Positions 10,182-21,254 of a stretch of DNA of 64,000 nt are shown here, piece by piece (within the stretch, counting starts at the first letter, position 1; the number at the start of each line of letters is the position of its first letter). Source of the stretch: Bdellovibrio sp. (GTDB lineage Bacteria > Bdellovibrionota > Bdellovibrionia > Bdellovibrionales > Bdellovibrionaceae); contig JBKCUU010000019.1 of assembly GCA_046318155.1 (NCBI GenBank), positions 24,634-88,633 of the forward strand, given 5' to 3'. Below the pieces are notes generated by a model that was given only the letters and a program-made list of their open reading frames with translations, was not told the DNA's origin and made no database searches. A program made the position numbers and the translations under genes.

Positions 10182-10538
10182 ATGATTACGAATTTTGAAA
10201 CTCGAGAAGAAAATCTCCACTATGAAGGCGTCTTCGACATTGATCCCAAAGAGCTGATGAACCTCAAAGATCAGGTCTGCATGATCGACGTCCGCCAAGC
10301 CGAAGAATTCACCGGCGAACTCGGCCATATCCCGGGCGCTCAGCTCATCGTCCTGGACACTTTACCTGATCACCTTGATGAACTTCCCAAAGATAAAACG
10401 ATCGTGTTTGTCTGCCGCAGCGGCGGTCGCTCGGCTCGCGCGACTTCTTTTGCGATGGCTCAAGGTTACAAAGATGTCTTTAATCTCAAAGGTGGCATGC
10501 TTCTCTGGAATGAACTGCATTTGCCAACGGAAGCGTAG
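10182..10538 (+). CDS. Rhodanese-like sulfurtransferase
   Basis: IDVR, GHIPGA, CRSGGRS, LKGG. GGAGG RBS at 10171 supports the ATG at 10182. Confidence 0.9.
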   Translation: MITNFETREENLHYEGVFDIDPKELMNLKDQVCMIDVRQAEEFTGELGHIPGAQLIVLDTLPDHLDELPKDKTIVFVCRSGGRSARATSFAMAQGYKDVFNLKGGMLLWNELHLPTEA

Positions 10539-10543
10539 TCTTT

Positions 10544-11917
10544 ATGCACTCAAAAGTTTATGTGAATCGGACTCTGAATCTGAAACGGATTCGTTACCTG
10601 GGATTGGATATGGATCACACCTTGATCCGTTACAACTCCGAAGAATTTGAACGTCTTGCGCACTCGGTAATTAAAGAGAAACTCGTGAAGTCGCGCGGTT
10701 ACCCCGAAGAGGTTTTGGCTCTCCCTTTCGATTTTAATCTCACCATTCGTGGTTTGGTCATCGATCGTGTTCGGGGTAATTTGATTAAGCTGAACCGGCA
10801 CTCGGCGATCCGTGCTACCTATCACGGGCTTAAGCCTTTAGATTTTAAGACGCAAAGTAAGATGTACCAGTCGACTTACATCGATTTGTCGGACAGTAAA
10901 TATTTGGCGATTGACACGACATTTTCGGTGAGCTTGGCGATCATTTACTCGCAAGTCGTCGAGATGAAGAATCAAAACAAGGAGCTGAATCTCCCCGATT
11001 TTGCAAGCATGGCTGATGACGTTTTGAAAACTCTCGATGAGGCTCATCGCGACGGCTCTCTCAAAGAAGTCGTTAAAAAAGACTTGGCTCGTTTCATTAT
11101 TAAAGATCCCAACACAGTTGCAGGGCTTGAAAAGTTCAAACGCCACGGAAAAAAAGTGTTTATCGTGACGAACTCTGACTTTCATTACACCAAACTTTTG
11201 CTCGATTACGCGATCAATCCTTTTTTAAAAGAGCACAAGTCGTGGACGGATCTGTTTGAATTCACGGTCGTGAGCGCACAGAAACCACGGTTCTTCTTTG
11301 ACGACCTTCGTTTTATGAAGATCAACGTCAACGATGGGACAATGACCAATCAAGAAACCAAGCTTGAGCCCGGCGTTTACCAAGGCGGTAGCGCAAAGTC
11401 TTTCACGCAAGATCTCAATCTTCAGGGCGACGAGATTTTGTACATCGGCGATCATATTTACGGCGATATCTTGCGCCTTAAAAAAGACTGTGGCTGGCGC
11501 ACGGCCATGGTTCTTGAAGAGCTTGAGAGCGAGGTTCGGAACAACCATGCCACGCACGCTCTCACGAATGAAATCGAATCTTTGATGCACAAGAAAGAGC
11601 CTTTCGAAGAAGAGATGACCGAACTGATGACGAAAAAAATCGAAGATCAGGCCAACGTCAACGAAGAGCGAACCGATTCTTTGCAAAAGCAAATTGCCGA
11701 AATCGACGCGCAAATCTCGGCTTTGATTAAGCGCCAGCAGTCGCATTTTAACCCTAATTGGGGTCAGATTATGCGCGCCGGAAACGAGGAGTCGTACTTT
11801 GCCTATCAAGTGGATCGTTACGCATGCGTTTACATGGCGAAGCTGGCGGACTTGTTGGCACTCTCGCCTCGAACGTATTTCCGTGCTCCTCGACGCCCTC
11901 TGTCTCACGAAATGTAA
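10544..11917 (+). CDS. HAD-IG family 5'-nucleotidase (cN-II type)
   Basis: DMDHT motif I, VTNS, KPRFF, YIGDHIYGDI. Confidence 0.92.
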   Translation: MHSKVYVNRTLNLKRIRYLGLDMDHTLIRYNSEEFERLAHSVIKEKLVKSRGYPEEVLALPFDFNLTIRGLVIDRVRGNLIKLNRHSAIRATYHGLKPLDFKTQSKMYQSTYIDLSDSKYLAIDTTFSVSLAIIYSQVVEMKNQNKELNLPDFASMADDVLKTLDEAHRDGSLKEVVKKDLARFIIKDPNTVAGLEKFKRHGKKVFIVTNSDFHYTKLLLDYAINPFLKEHKSWTDLFEFTVVSAQKPRFFFDDLRFMKINVNDGTMTNQETKLEPGVYQGGSAKSFTQDLNLQGDEILYIGDHIYGDILRLKKDCGWRTAMVLEELESEVRNNHATHALTNEIESLMHKKEPFEEEMTELMTKKIEDQANVNEERTDSLQKQIAEIDAQISALIKRQQSHFNPNWGQIMRAGNEESYFAYQVDRYACVYMAKLADLLALSPRTYFRAPRRPLSHEM

Positions 11918-11946
11918 GGCCTGTTTACCAGTCACATCGTAACGGC

Positions 11947-12678
11947 CTAAGGCTCATGAGCCAGAAGAAACAGCGAGTCCTCTTCTGATATTTGATTCAT
12001 CATTCCCACGAGCTGACCCGCTTGAAACTTTTGTCGATATTGGAGCCGGGCTGTTTGAACTATATCACAGCCCAATTTTCCGGTGCCATCATTGTCGCGC
12101 ACATTGACGTTACAAGGAATGCGCGTTTGTGACTCCTGTTCTCGTGAACGTGGAAGAGATGTCAGCAGAAGAGTCGCAAGCGGCAATCCCGCCTCTTTGA
12201 TTTTGCGGGCCACGCTGTGCTGGAGGTAGGCGGCCGCAAAGGTCACCGGCGTAATCACCAACACCCGAAGATTCTGAGCTTGAGCGGCTTTGAGCCCTTG
12301 GATGAGGCGGCTGGATTCTTCTTGGGTGTTCAAACGTTCGCCTTGTATTTTCACGAGCTCCGGGACCATTCCCTGGATGTTCGTGTCGACAAAGACGACG
12401 TCGTACTTGGTTGAGGGGTCTTGATTTTGAGCCAAGAACTGCTCAAGTGTTTCGGTCATTTCGGGATGACTGATCTCAAGGCCCCAAACAAGGTGGGGTG
12501 CCGCTTTCATCTGGAGTTGTAAACTCAAAATAATGGAGCTCGCAATAGCCGCTGGATTTTCAAAGCTTTGGAGTTTAATCTTGTTGACCGCGCGCGGCTG
12601 CATTCCAAGCAGAGAGGTGTAGTACAAGCCTCCGACAATGATCAAACCCAGGATGCCGTAACTGATATATTTGCGCAT
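11947..12678 (-). CDS. Hypothetical protein with N-terminal membrane anchor
   Basis: 243-aa ORF; hydrophobic segment ISYGILGLIIVGGLYY. Confidence 0.7.
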   Translation of the reverse strand: MRKYISYGILGLIIVGGLYYTSLLGMQPRAVNKIKLQSFENPAAIASSIILSLQLQMKAAPHLVWGLEISHPEMTETLEQFLAQNQDPSTKYDVVFVDTNIQGMVPELVKIQGERLNTQEESSRLIQGLKAAQAQNLRVLVITPVTFAAAYLQHSVARKIKEAGLPLATLLLTSLPRSREQESQTRIPCNVNVRDNDGTGKLGCDIVQTARLQYRQKFQAGQLVGMMNQISEEDSLFLLAHEP

Positions 12679-12788
12679 TTTCAGACACTTACCATGGTCA
12701 AGCCAGGGCCGCCAAGCTTCTTGCCTTTTACTGCCCCTTGCACTAATTTGACGGCTGGACTTGATCCTTGAGACAGGTACCAGGATAT

Positions 12789-13490
12789 ATGACGCAATAC
12801 TTAGTAATGGGCTCAGGTCGCTGGGCCACTCATCTTCAACGTCTTCTTTTTCTCTCTGGGGTTTCGCACCTTAGCTGGAACCGCAAGCAACAGTCCGATA
12901 TCGATCTCCAAGACAAAGTCGCCCGCTGTTCACATGTGTGGCTGGCCGTTTCTGACCATGCCGTGCCCGAGTGGGTCCAAAAATTGATCCCCTTGAATAA
13001 AACGGTACTTCACAGTTCGGGAGCCCTCGAAATCGAAGGCGCCCATTCGCTTCACCCTTTGATGAGTTTTAGGCCCGAACTTTACGATGATGATTTTTAT
13101 TCGCGCCTGGCTTTTGTGACGACGTCAGTGAAGAACGGCCAGGATTTGATGCCTGGATTAAAAAATTCTTTAAGTGTGATTCCTTCCGACAAAAAAGCTT
13201 TTTACCACGCGATGTGTGTTCTTGCGGGCAATGGTTCGGTTCTGTTGTGGCAAAAGTTTTTTTCTGAAATGACCTCTTTAGGAATTCCGGCCTCGGCAGC
13301 TTCAGCCTATGCTGACCGCATTCACCAAAATTTAATGACGGACCCGCAAACGGCACTTACAGGTCCCTTGGTTCGCGGCGACCGTATGACACTTTTAAAA
13401 AATCTCGCCGCGCTTGAGGGCGATTCTTATCAAGATGTGCTGCAAGCCCTGATTCAATCTTACCACCAGTCTTCAAGAGGTGCCCGATGA
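12789..13490 (+). CDS. Rossmann-like/DUF2520 protein, likely PanG-type ketopantoate reductase
   Basis: GSGR, LAVSD, HSSGA, SLHPL, YHA, LTGPLVRGD. It precedes panB, and no panE is present in the operon. Confidence 0.8.
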   Translation: MTQYLVMGSGRWATHLQRLLFLSGVSHLSWNRKQQSDIDLQDKVARCSHVWLAVSDHAVPEWVQKLIPLNKTVLHSSGALEIEGAHSLHPLMSFRPELYDDDFYSRLAFVTTSVKNGQDLMPGLKNSLSVIPSDKKAFYHAMCVLAGNGSVLLWQKFFSEMTSLGIPASAASAYADRIHQNLMTDPQTALTGPLVRGDRMTLLKNLAALEGDSYQDVLQALIQSYHQSSRGAR

Positions 13491-14281
13491 ACGTGATCGA
13501 ATTTCAAAATCAAAAATCTAAAAAGAAACTCTCGATGGTCACCTGCTACGATACCTGGTCCGCCCGCCTGATTGCCGAGAGCTCGGTCGACTCGGTTTTA
13601 GTCGGTGATAGTCTGGCGATGGTGATGCACGGACACTCGACGACTCTTCCCGCAACCATTGCCATGATGGAACTTCACACCCAAGCCGTTGCACGCGGGT
13701 TGCTGCACAAAACTCCCAGCAAATTATTGGTCGCCGATCTTCCGTTCATCTCGTACCGCCAAGATTTGAAAACGAGCGTGCGCGCCGCCGGCCGAATGAT
13801 GCGAGCGGGAGCTCATGCCGTCAAACTTGAAGGGGCCAAAGGCAATCTCGAGATGATCACCCACTTGGTTGACTCCGGAATCCCGGTGATGGGTCATCTT
13901 GGACTCACGCCTCAATCCATTCACCAATTGGGTGGATTTAAAGTCCAAGGTCAAAACCCCGCCGAATTTGAGCGGATCCGTCTTGAAGCCCAAGATCTTG
14001 AAAAAGCGGGCTGCTTTTCTGTCGTTTTGGAATGCGTCCCTCAAGCCCTTGCCGAACAAATCACCAAAGACTTGCGGATACCGACAATTGGAATTGGCGC
14101 CGGACCACGCACCGACGGGCAAGTTTTAGTTTTGCACGACTTGCTTGGACTGAATGAGGGCTTTAAACCCAAATTCTTACGCACTTTTTTAGCAGGTGCC
14201 GAACTCATCAAAACTGCCTTGAACGATTATGATGCTCAGGTTAAAGGCCAATCATTTCCAACCGACAAGGAAAGCTACTGA
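13487..14281 (+). CDS. panB: 3-methyl-2-oxobutanoate hydroxymethyltransferase
   Basis: LVGDSLAM, ADLPF, VKLEG, GHLGLTPQ, IGIGAG, DGQVLV. Confidence 0.97.
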   Translation: MNVIEFQNQKSKKKLSMVTCYDTWSARLIAESSVDSVLVGDSLAMVMHGHSTTLPATIAMMELHTQAVARGLLHKTPSKLLVADLPFISYRQDLKTSVRAAGRMMRAGAHAVKLEGAKGNLEMITHLVDSGIPVMGHLGLTPQSIHQLGGFKVQGQNPAEFERIRLEAQDLEKAGCFSVVLECVPQALAEQITKDLRIPTIGIGAGPRTDGQVLVLHDLLGLNEGFKPKFLRTFLAGAELIKTALNDYDAQVKGQSFPTDKESY

Positions 14282-15039
14282 TGCAAATTTATGAAACGCC
14301 GCAGGCTTTTCAAGCTTGGCGCAAAATGATGACGGCCAAGACCATCGGCTTTGTGCCGACGATGGGCGCCCTTCACGAGGGTCATGCGAACCTTTTGCGC
14401 CAATCGCGCGCCAACAACGAGCTTGTCGTTCTTTCAATTTTTGTTAATCCAGCCCAGTTTGATGATCCGAATGACTTTCAAAAGTATCCAAAAACATGGG
14501 CGAGCGATCTCGAGATCGCCCAGATTGAGGGCGTTGATGCCATCTTTGCTCCCCGCGCACCCGATATGTACCCCGATGGCTATACCTACAAAATCACCGA
14601 GATCGACTTTTCGAAACTGCTCTGCGGCGCCAGCCGCCCCGGACATTTTGATGGCGTTTTGACCGTCGTGATGAAGCTGTTTCAGATCGTTCAACCGACA
14701 CGCGCCTATTTTGGAGAAAAAGACTTTCAGCAATTGTCTTTGATTCGCGGCATGGTGAACGCATTTTTTATGCCTGTTGAAATTGTTCCCGTTGCCACAA
14801 TCCGTGAAAAAGATGGGCTCGCCTTAAGCTCGCGAAACGCGCGTCTCTCAAAACTACAAAGAGAACAGGCCCCGCAAATTTACCAGGCTTTGACCCAAAG
14901 CTGGTCTGCCGATGAGGCTCGCGCCAAACTAGAAAAAAATGGCTTTAAAGTGGATTACATCGTGGATCAAAATGGTCGGCGTTTCGCTGCCGTTTATATG
15001 GAAAACGTGAGGTTGATCGACAATGTCGAACTCAAATAA
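14281..15039 (+). CDS. panC: Pantoate-beta-alanine ligase
   Basis: FVPTMGALHEGH, SIFVNPAQF, RPGHFDGV, FGEKDFQQ, LSSRN, RLIDN. Confidence 0.97.
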   Translation: MQIYETPQAFQAWRKMMTAKTIGFVPTMGALHEGHANLLRQSRANNELVVLSIFVNPAQFDDPNDFQKYPKTWASDLEIAQIEGVDAIFAPRAPDMYPDGYTYKITEIDFSKLLCGASRPGHFDGVLTVVMKLFQIVQPTRAYFGEKDFQQLSLIRGMVNAFFMPVEIVPVATIREKDGLALSSRNARLSKLQREQAPQIYQALTQSWSADEARAKLEKNGFKVDYIVDQNGRRFAAVYMENVRLIDNVELK

Positions 15040-16285
15040 AAAGAAAATTCTAATCCAGATGTCGGGCTCAATCGCGTGCTTTAAGGCCTGCGCGGTGATT
15101 TCAAAACTCGTTCAAGCGGGTCACCATGTTAAAATCGCAGCAAGTCCCTCAGCCTTAAAATTTGTCGGCGCCGCAACTCTTGAAGGCCTCACCGGAGAAA
15201 AGGTGCACGCTGACCTGTGGGAGCCCGGCGATGCCATGGCTCACATCCACTTGGTGCGCTGGGCAGACCTGATTGCCGTCATCCCCGCGTCGGCTCACCT
15301 GATCAACCGACTGTCACAAGGCGTTGGTGATGATCTTCTGACCACCATGTTTTTAGCTCATGACTTTAAGAAACCCTATTTGATTGCACCCGCCATGAAT
15401 ACGTCGATGTACTTGCATCCCGTGACTCAGAACTCGCTCACCCAACTTAAATCAATGGGTGTCGAAATTCTTGAAGCGGCGAGCGGCGTCCTTGCTTGCG
15501 GGGAAGTGGGCTACGGCCGGTTGCTTGAGCCCGACTTGCTTTTGGCCGAAATCGAGACTCGTCTGCAGCGCGACTCTTTCGAAATTAAAACAAAGTCCGG
15601 GTCGGCCCCAATTCATTTGCGCAAAGTTCTGGTCACCAGCGGCGGCACACAAGAAAACATCGACGATGTTCGAGTCCTCAGCAACGTCAGCACCGGACGC
15701 ACGGGCGCCGAGATCATTGATCGTCTCGAAAGCCTTGGCCTCTCCACAGTTTTGCTTCACGCCCAAAGTGCACTTCTCCCCAGCGCAGATGGTGAACGCC
15801 ATTCTTTTGTCAGCTCTGACGATCTTGAAAAATTGCTTCAATCGCGCTTAGCGAAAGGTGATGTTTTCGCAGTCATTCATTTGGCAGCGGTGAGTGACTT
15901 TATTCCCGTTAGACAAAGCGGCAAGATCTCGTCAGACATCGAACCCCAGCTCGAACTTCGCAAAAATAAAAAAATTCTACCCTTGATTCGTTCATTTTCG
16001 CCGAACCCGATTCACCTGACCGCTTTCAAAATGACCTCGGGAGCCACAGACCAAACCGCGGGCGCGGCCGTTGCAAAAGTTTATGAACAGTCCGCACCTG
16101 ATTGGATTGTTCAAAATGATCTCCAAGAAATGAAAAAAACTTCGGCGCACCCGTTGAATCTTTGGTTAGGACCCACGCAAGACGCTGTCGCCTTGCCGGG
16201 GATTGCCCCACTTGTGGAAAAGTGGGTGGAGAAGTTCTCAAGTCTTACTTTGAAGACCGTGACCTCAAAAGGAGAACCTTTATGA
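15023..16285 (+). CDS. coaBC: Phosphopantothenoylcysteine decarboxylase/ligase
   Basis: SGSIAC, HIHL, APAMN, LACG, VTSGGT, SNVSTG, AAVSDF. Confidence 0.93.
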   Translation: MSNSNKKKILIQMSGSIACFKACAVISKLVQAGHHVKIAASPSALKFVGAATLEGLTGEKVHADLWEPGDAMAHIHLVRWADLIAVIPASAHLINRLSQGVGDDLLTTMFLAHDFKKPYLIAPAMNTSMYLHPVTQNSLTQLKSMGVEILEAASGVLACGEVGYGRLLEPDLLLAEIETRLQRDSFEIKTKSGSAPIHLRKVLVTSGGTQENIDDVRVLSNVSTGRTGAEIIDRLESLGLSTVLLHAQSALLPSADGERHSFVSSDDLEKLLQSRLAKGDVFAVIHLAAVSDFIPVRQSGKISSDIEPQLELRKNKKILPLIRSFSPNPIHLTAFKMTSGATDQTAGAAVAKVYEQSAPDWIVQNDLQEMKKTSAHPLNLWLGPTQDAVALPGIAPLVEKWVEKFSSLTLKTVTSKGEPL

Positions 16286-17052
16286 TACTTGCTCTTGACG
16301 TCGGCAATAGCCAAATTTTTGGCGGGGTGTTTGACAAAGACGATCTCAAACTCAGTTTTCGCAAAACTTCTAAAGCAGGATCCAGTAGCGATGAAACCGG
16401 TATTTTTTTGAGAAACGTTTTGCGCGAAAATAATATTAACCCCTCGCAGGTGAAACAAATTGCGATCTGCTCGGTTGTTCCTGATGTGGTGCACTCTTTG
16501 CGCAATGCTTGTAAAAAGTATTTCGACTTGAATCCCTTTCTTTTACAGGTGGGGGTTAAAACGGGTCTTAAAGTCAGTTATCACAACCCAGCCGAAGTTG
16601 GAGCCGATCGGATTGCCAACGCGATTGCAGCCACGCATCTGTATCCAAAAAAAAATCTGGTCGTAGTTGACCTTGGCACCGCCACCACTTTTTGCGCGAT
16701 CACCCGCGACCGCGAGTATTTAGGCGGGACTATCGTGGCCGGTTTACGCCTTTGCATGGAGGCTCTCGAAAGTAAAACCGCCAAGCTTCCCACCGTCGAA
16801 ATCGTCTTGCGCAAAGAGGCCCTCGGAAAAGGCACGATCGAAAGTATTCAGTCAGGCCTCTTCTTTGGACATGTTGGAACGATGAAAGAAATTTCGAGCC
16901 GCCTGAGCGAAGAATGTTTTGACGGCGAGAAACCCTTTGTCATCGGCACGGGCGGCTTTGCCGGTCTTTTTGAAAAATCAGGCGTCTTTGACGTGGTTCT
17001 ACCTGACCTCGTCTTAAAGGGCCTTTTACTTGCGCACAAACTTAATTCTTGA
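16282..17052 (+). CDS. coaX: Type III pantothenate kinase
   Basis: LDVGNS, SVVP, GADR, DLGTATT, GTGG. GGAG RBS and ATGA overlap support the start at 16282. Confidence 0.95.
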   Translation: MILALDVGNSQIFGGVFDKDDLKLSFRKTSKAGSSSDETGIFLRNVLRENNINPSQVKQIAICSVVPDVVHSLRNACKKYFDLNPFLLQVGVKTGLKVSYHNPAEVGADRIANAIAATHLYPKKNLVVVDLGTATTFCAITRDREYLGGTIVAGLRLCMEALESKTAKLPTVEIVLRKEALGKGTIESIQSGLFFGHVGTMKEISSRLSEECFDGEKPFVIGTGGFAGLFEKSGVFDVVLPDLVLKGLLLAHKLNS

Positions 17053-17059
17053 GGTGAAT

Positions 17060-17419
17060 ATGAATATCACAATGCTCAAATGCAAAATCCACCGCGCCAC
17101 CGTTACTGATGCGGACCTGACCTACGAAGGCTCGGTGTCGATTGACCCCGCTCTCATCAAGGCCACCGGACTCCTGCTGAATGAACGCGTCGATATCTAC
17201 AACTGCAACAATGGCGAACGCTTTTCGACTTACGTGATCGAAGGTAAAAAAGGTGAGATCTGCCTCAACGGCGCCGCGGCTCGTTTGGTTCAGCGAGGCG
17301 ACTTGGTGATCATTTGTGCTTACTGCACGATGACCCGCGAGGAAGGCAAAAAGCATAAGCCCACGGTCGTCTTTGTCGACTCGAAGAATCGCAAGACGGC
17401 AATCAAATCAAAGGGGTAA
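17060..17419 (+). CDS. panD: Aspartate 1-decarboxylase
   Basis: [12 protein letters not shown] self-cleavage site, [22 protein letters not shown] before the ATG at 17060. Confidence 0.97.
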   Translation: MNITMLKCKIHRATVTDADLTYEGSVSIDPALIKATGLLLNERVDIYNCNNGERFSTYVIEGKKGEICLNGAAARLVQRGDLVIICAYCTMTREEGKKHKPTVVFVDSKNRKTAIKSKG

Positions 17420-18967
17420 CGTCTCTTCGGTTTCGGTGCCACGGTACATTTCGATGGCATCAATTGCCGCTCGCGCTCGATAAACCTTAAGACGCTTGTC
17501 CCATTCGGGCTTTTCCCAACCGATGTTCAAGAAGAAGGGCGATGCCCATCGCTTTTCTTCAAGTAAAGGGATGGGGTTCAAATTTTGCTTGGCCAGCGCC
17601 GATTTCAGCGAGGGCAAATGAAACTGCACAAATTTCATGTTTGGATTTGCGCTGACAAAAGCGTCAAGTCCGCCCGTTAAAAGGACTTTGAACTCAAGGG
17701 CCATGGGACTCTGGCAATCTCGAACGACGAGCAAGCGCTCAACCGTATCCGCCATCGTTTTAAGACGCTCGACACTCGGAATTCGGCACTGGATCAGCAT
17801 GGCCTGCCTCGCCTGTAAACCCTTGAGCCACGAGCGTGGAAACGGTTTTACATCGGGCAAAAGACGAGCCTCTTTATCCGAGAGGTACAGAATTTTTTTA
17901 GATGGGTCTTGAAGTGCGAGTTCAGCCAATTTTTGCAACAGCGGCTCTTTCTCGTCTTCGCTCCCCACGACAATCAAGTCCACCACTAAAGCTCGGCTAT
18001 CGACGCCAAAACCACGCGCTTGCAGTTCGGTGTTAAACTGGCGGGCCATCTTTTTCCAGGCGGGTGAAGCGCCACCCCAGACTTTAAAGTTCTTAAGCCA
18101 GTTCTCAAGACTGGAAGCGGCGTCAGCAAATTGCTGTTCCGCCGGTGACCCAACAGAAGATCCAAAAGAATACTTTTGAATTTGCATCGAAGACCAGTCT
18201 TTAAAGGTGTTCCGAAAGAACTGCACTCGCTCATCCAGTGGTTGTTTTTCTAAGCCGTCGAACAAGGCTTTTCCAATGAGAGGTCTTAGCGACACAAACA
18301 AATCTTCGCCATTGAGCAAGCCTTGCTCACACGCAGACAGGTGCAGCATCGACCGCCAGGCCTCTTGGCAATAGGCCGGTGCCGTTTTTAGAGCTAAGGG
18401 CCATTCGATCTGGGGACCTTGCCAGGCGATTTGTTGATTCAGGACAGGATCACGCAAATCGAGATCGCCCTGGGTAAAGGCTAAAAAAAGATCCGAGAAA
18501 ACTTCGGCCCAGGCAACGTCGTCAGCATTCATTAAATGCGGCGAAGTCCTACTTTTTTGCATGAGAAGTGAGAGCACAAACGCCTTTTCAAAAAGCTGGT
18601 TTTGACCCAACACCGAACGGCTCATAATCAAATGCGAAGGATGAACACGCACGAGCGGATCAAACGAATCCACCACCGACAAGCGAATCGGACGAGCTTC
18701 GACGCCAAAGAACTGCAGTTCTTTCTCGAGGCGAGACAAACGGGGCTCGATGAGGGCTTTGATTTCGGCCAAATCACCCGAGTACGAAGTGTCTCGGCTG
18801 ACAAAACAAGAGGGCAAACTCTGATCAGGTCCCAACCCGACCTTGTCGACCTTTTCGACAAGCTTGGAATCCAAGCAAAAGCTCGGACGCGACACCCAGG
18901 CCAAAGCCACTAAAGCTGTGGACAAACTAAGAAGCAGAAAGGAAATCCATTTTTGGGTGCTCATCAA
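17408..18967 (-). CDS. Hypothetical exported or membrane-anchored protein
   Basis: 519-aa ORF with an N-terminal hydrophobic helix; overlaps the convergent panD by 12 bp. Confidence 0.7.
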   Translation of the reverse strand: MMSTQKWISFLLLSLSTALVALAWVSRPSFCLDSKLVEKVDKVGLGPDQSLPSCFVSRDTSYSGDLAEIKALIEPRLSRLEKELQFFGVEARPIRLSVVDSFDPLVRVHPSHLIMSRSVLGQNQLFEKAFVLSLLMQKSRTSPHLMNADDVAWAEVFSDLFLAFTQGDLDLRDPVLNQQIAWQGPQIEWPLALKTAPAYCQEAWRSMLHLSACEQGLLNGEDLFVSLRPLIGKALFDGLEKQPLDERVQFFRNTFKDWSSMQIQKYSFGSSVGSPAEQQFADAASSLENWLKNFKVWGGASPAWKKMARQFNTELQARGFGVDSRALVVDLIVVGSEDEKEPLLQKLAELALQDPSKKILYLSDKEARLLPDVKPFPRSWLKGLQARQAMLIQCRIPSVERLKTMADTVERLLVVRDCQSPMALEFKVLLTGGLDAFVSANPNMKFVQFHLPSLKSALAKQNLNPIPLLEEKRWASPFFLNIGWEKPEWDKRLKVYRARAAIDAIEMYRGTETEETLPL

Positions 18968-19097
18968 GCGATCTCACTGCAACCCCAAGGCCGCCAGCCC
19001 TTTGTAAATTTGAACTGGCCAGACTTTATACAGTCTTTTCTTTCTTTTGGGGGTTTCCTAAGTCTAAGCTAAAGCCATTAACTTCTAAGGAGGATGC

Positions 19098-20279
19098 ATG
19101 AAAGTCAGTCACCAAAAATGGATCTTTGTCACCCTCCTCGGAATAGGTCTGTTCGGATCAGGTGTCTGGCTTAAAAATGGTTCTTCGTTTGAAAAGCGCG
19201 AGCAAGCCTATGACGGCAAACGCGAACCCACCTCCTCGGCTGAGCTCCCCCCCCCGGAGCTCGATGAAGTTTGGGGGCCCGAGCAAGAAGTCATCGCACA
19301 GGAAATCGCAAACCGCTCAATCGAAACGGCCAAGAAAAATGCCTCGAAGGGATTCGTTCACCGCGATGCCCATCCAAAGCATCATGGTTGTGTCAAAGCG
19401 ACCTGGTCCGCCGAGGCCTCGCAATTGCCAGCACATCTTCAGTTGGGACCGTTGGCACCTGGCAGTGAGTATGAAGCTTGGGTTCGATTTTCAAACGGAA
19501 GCCCCAGTGGCGTGCAAGCCCCCGACTCGGATGCCGATGTTCGCGGGATGGCCGTTAAGCTTTTGAATGTGCCTGGGGCGGACAGCGGCAACCAAGATTT
19601 AGTGCTTATGACTTCGCCGCGCTTCTTTTCGCACGATGCACATGACTACCTGCAATTGGTTCGTAGTTTAGATGGCGGAACCTTGGCCTTGCTCTCTTAC
19701 TTAGCGACCCATCCCACAAACGCATGGATCATCAATAAGGCACGAGTAACAGGAACAAATCCTCTAGACTTTACCTACTCGAGTGCAGTGCCATTCAAGC
19801 TCGGTCCGAGCACCATGCGTTACCGCCTTCAATCTTGTGTCGGTCAGCCTCAGCCCGTCAAAGGCGATCAAAAGAATCCAAACTTTATGTCCTCTTCGCT
19901 GGCAGCAACTTTGAATGATCGAACCTATTGTTATGACGTCATGGTTCAGCCCAATCAGGATCTCGAGAAGAATCCCACCGAAGATCCTCGGCGATTTTGG
20001 GACGAAACCCGTTCTCCGTTTGTCTTGGCTGCTCGCCTGAACATCTTGCAACAGCAAGGAATCGAGACCAACCAGATGATGGCCTTCTGTGAAAACTTAA
20101 GTTTCAACCCGTGGCGCACACATCCCGACATCCGTCCCATGGGTCAGATGAACAGAATTCGTAAAGTCACTTACGATGCCGTTTCAAAGTTTCGTCACGA
20201 CAGCAATGCGCGGCCCGAGATCGAGCCTGTTGACTTGAATCCTTGTCAAAATCCAAAGACCTTAGCTCTCTGTCAATGA
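19098..20279 (+). CDS. Catalase-like heme protein with N-terminal anchor
   Basis: RDAHPKHHG distal His, VRFSNG, DVRGMAVK, LSFNPW, RIRKVTY proximal R-x3-Y. Confidence 0.85.
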   Translation: MKVSHQKWIFVTLLGIGLFGSGVWLKNGSSFEKREQAYDGKREPTSSAELPPPELDEVWGPEQEVIAQEIANRSIETAKKNASKGFVHRDAHPKHHGCVKATWSAEASQLPAHLQLGPLAPGSEYEAWVRFSNGSPSGVQAPDSDADVRGMAVKLLNVPGADSGNQDLVLMTSPRFFSHDAHDYLQLVRSLDGGTLALLSYLATHPTNAWIINKARVTGTNPLDFTYSSAVPFKLGPSTMRYRLQSCVGQPQPVKGDQKNPNFMSSSLAATLNDRTYCYDVMVQPNQDLEKNPTEDPRRFWDETRSPFVLAARLNILQQQGIETNQMMAFCENLSFNPWRTHPDIRPMGQMNRIRKVTYDAVSKFRHDSNARPEIEPVDLNPCQNPKTLALCQ

Positions 20280-20282
20280 TGT

Positions 20283-21254
20283 TTAGAGGGGACCTGCGAC
20301 CGGCAGTCCCGCTTTTGAAAGCCTCGAGGTCAGTTCTTTTTTCATGATTCCAGACATCCAGTGATTGATGTCGATGAGCACTTCGAGATCAAGCCCCGTC
20401 TTAACGCCCATGCCTTCAAACATGAAGACGACTTCTTCAGTCGACACATTGCCGGCCGAACCAGGGGCATAGGGGCATCCGCCCAGACCACCCAGGCTTG
20501 AATCAAAAACTCGAACGCCCATCTCATAGGCCGTCAAGATGTTCACCAACGCCGTCCCGCGCGTATCATGAAAGTGGCCCGCCAACTTCTTGATCGGAAT
20601 TACTCTTTTGAGTTTACCAAAGAGAGACCTTACCTGACCCGGGTGCGCGATTCCGATCGTGTCACCGATCGAAATTTCGTAACAACCCATTTTCAAAAGC
20701 GTTTGTGCGAGCTGAACCACTTTTTTCTCGTCGATGGCTCCCTCAAAAGGACAGCCAAAACAACAACTCAAATACCCACGGACTTTGATCTTCTTTTGTT
20801 TCGCAACTTTCAGAACTTGCGCGAACTTTTTGAGACTCTCATCAATCGTGCAATTGATATTTTTTTTTGAGAATGTTTCTGAAGCCGCGCCAAACACCGC
20901 GACCTCTTGGATGTCAGTTTCGAGCGCGAGCATCATCCCCCGCGCATTGGGGACGAGTGCTGAAAACTCAGTCCGGGACACAATTTTCTTCTGCTTAACC
21001 AGACTCAGAACACCATCGATCACTTCTTTTGAGCCCGCCATCTGCGGAACCCAGTCCGAACGAACAAAGGCACCAAGCTCCATCCGGCGAGATCCCGCTT
21101 CGACCAAACGCCGAGCCAGTTCAATCCGATCCGTTGTTGAAAGGACGGCTTTTTCATTCTGAAGACCATCGCGCAAACCGACTTCAACAATTTGAACTGA
21201 CTTTTTTGCTAATGTTTTCTGGTTTGTCTTTCGGGGTGTCTTTTTTAGCTTCAT
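20283..21254 (-). CDS. liuE: Hydroxymethylglutaryl-CoA lyase
   Basis: EVGLRDGLQNE, GDTIG, HFHDT, GGLGGCPYAPG. Confidence 0.93.
   Translation of the reverse strand: MKLKKTPRKTNQKTLAKKSVQIVEVGLRDGLQNEKAVLSTTDRIELARRLVEAGSRRMELGAFVRSDWVPQMAGSKEVIDGVLSLVKQKKIVSRTEFSALVPNARGMMLALETDIQEVAVFGAASETFSKKNINCTIDESLKKFAQVLKVAKQKKIKVRGYLSCCFGCPFEGAIDEKKVVQLAQTLLKMGCYEISIGDTIGIAHPGQVRSLFGKLKRVIPIKKLAGHFHDTRGTALVNILTAYEMGVRVFDSSLGGLGGCPYAPGSAGNVSTEEVVFMFEGMGVKTGLDLEVLIDINHWMSGIMKKELTSRLSKAGLPVAGPL

Noticed and set aside
12679..12788. Riboswitch or pan leader RNA ahead of the pan operon
   Set aside because: Short divergent promoter region with no conserved motif I can recognise; an Rfam scan would be needed.
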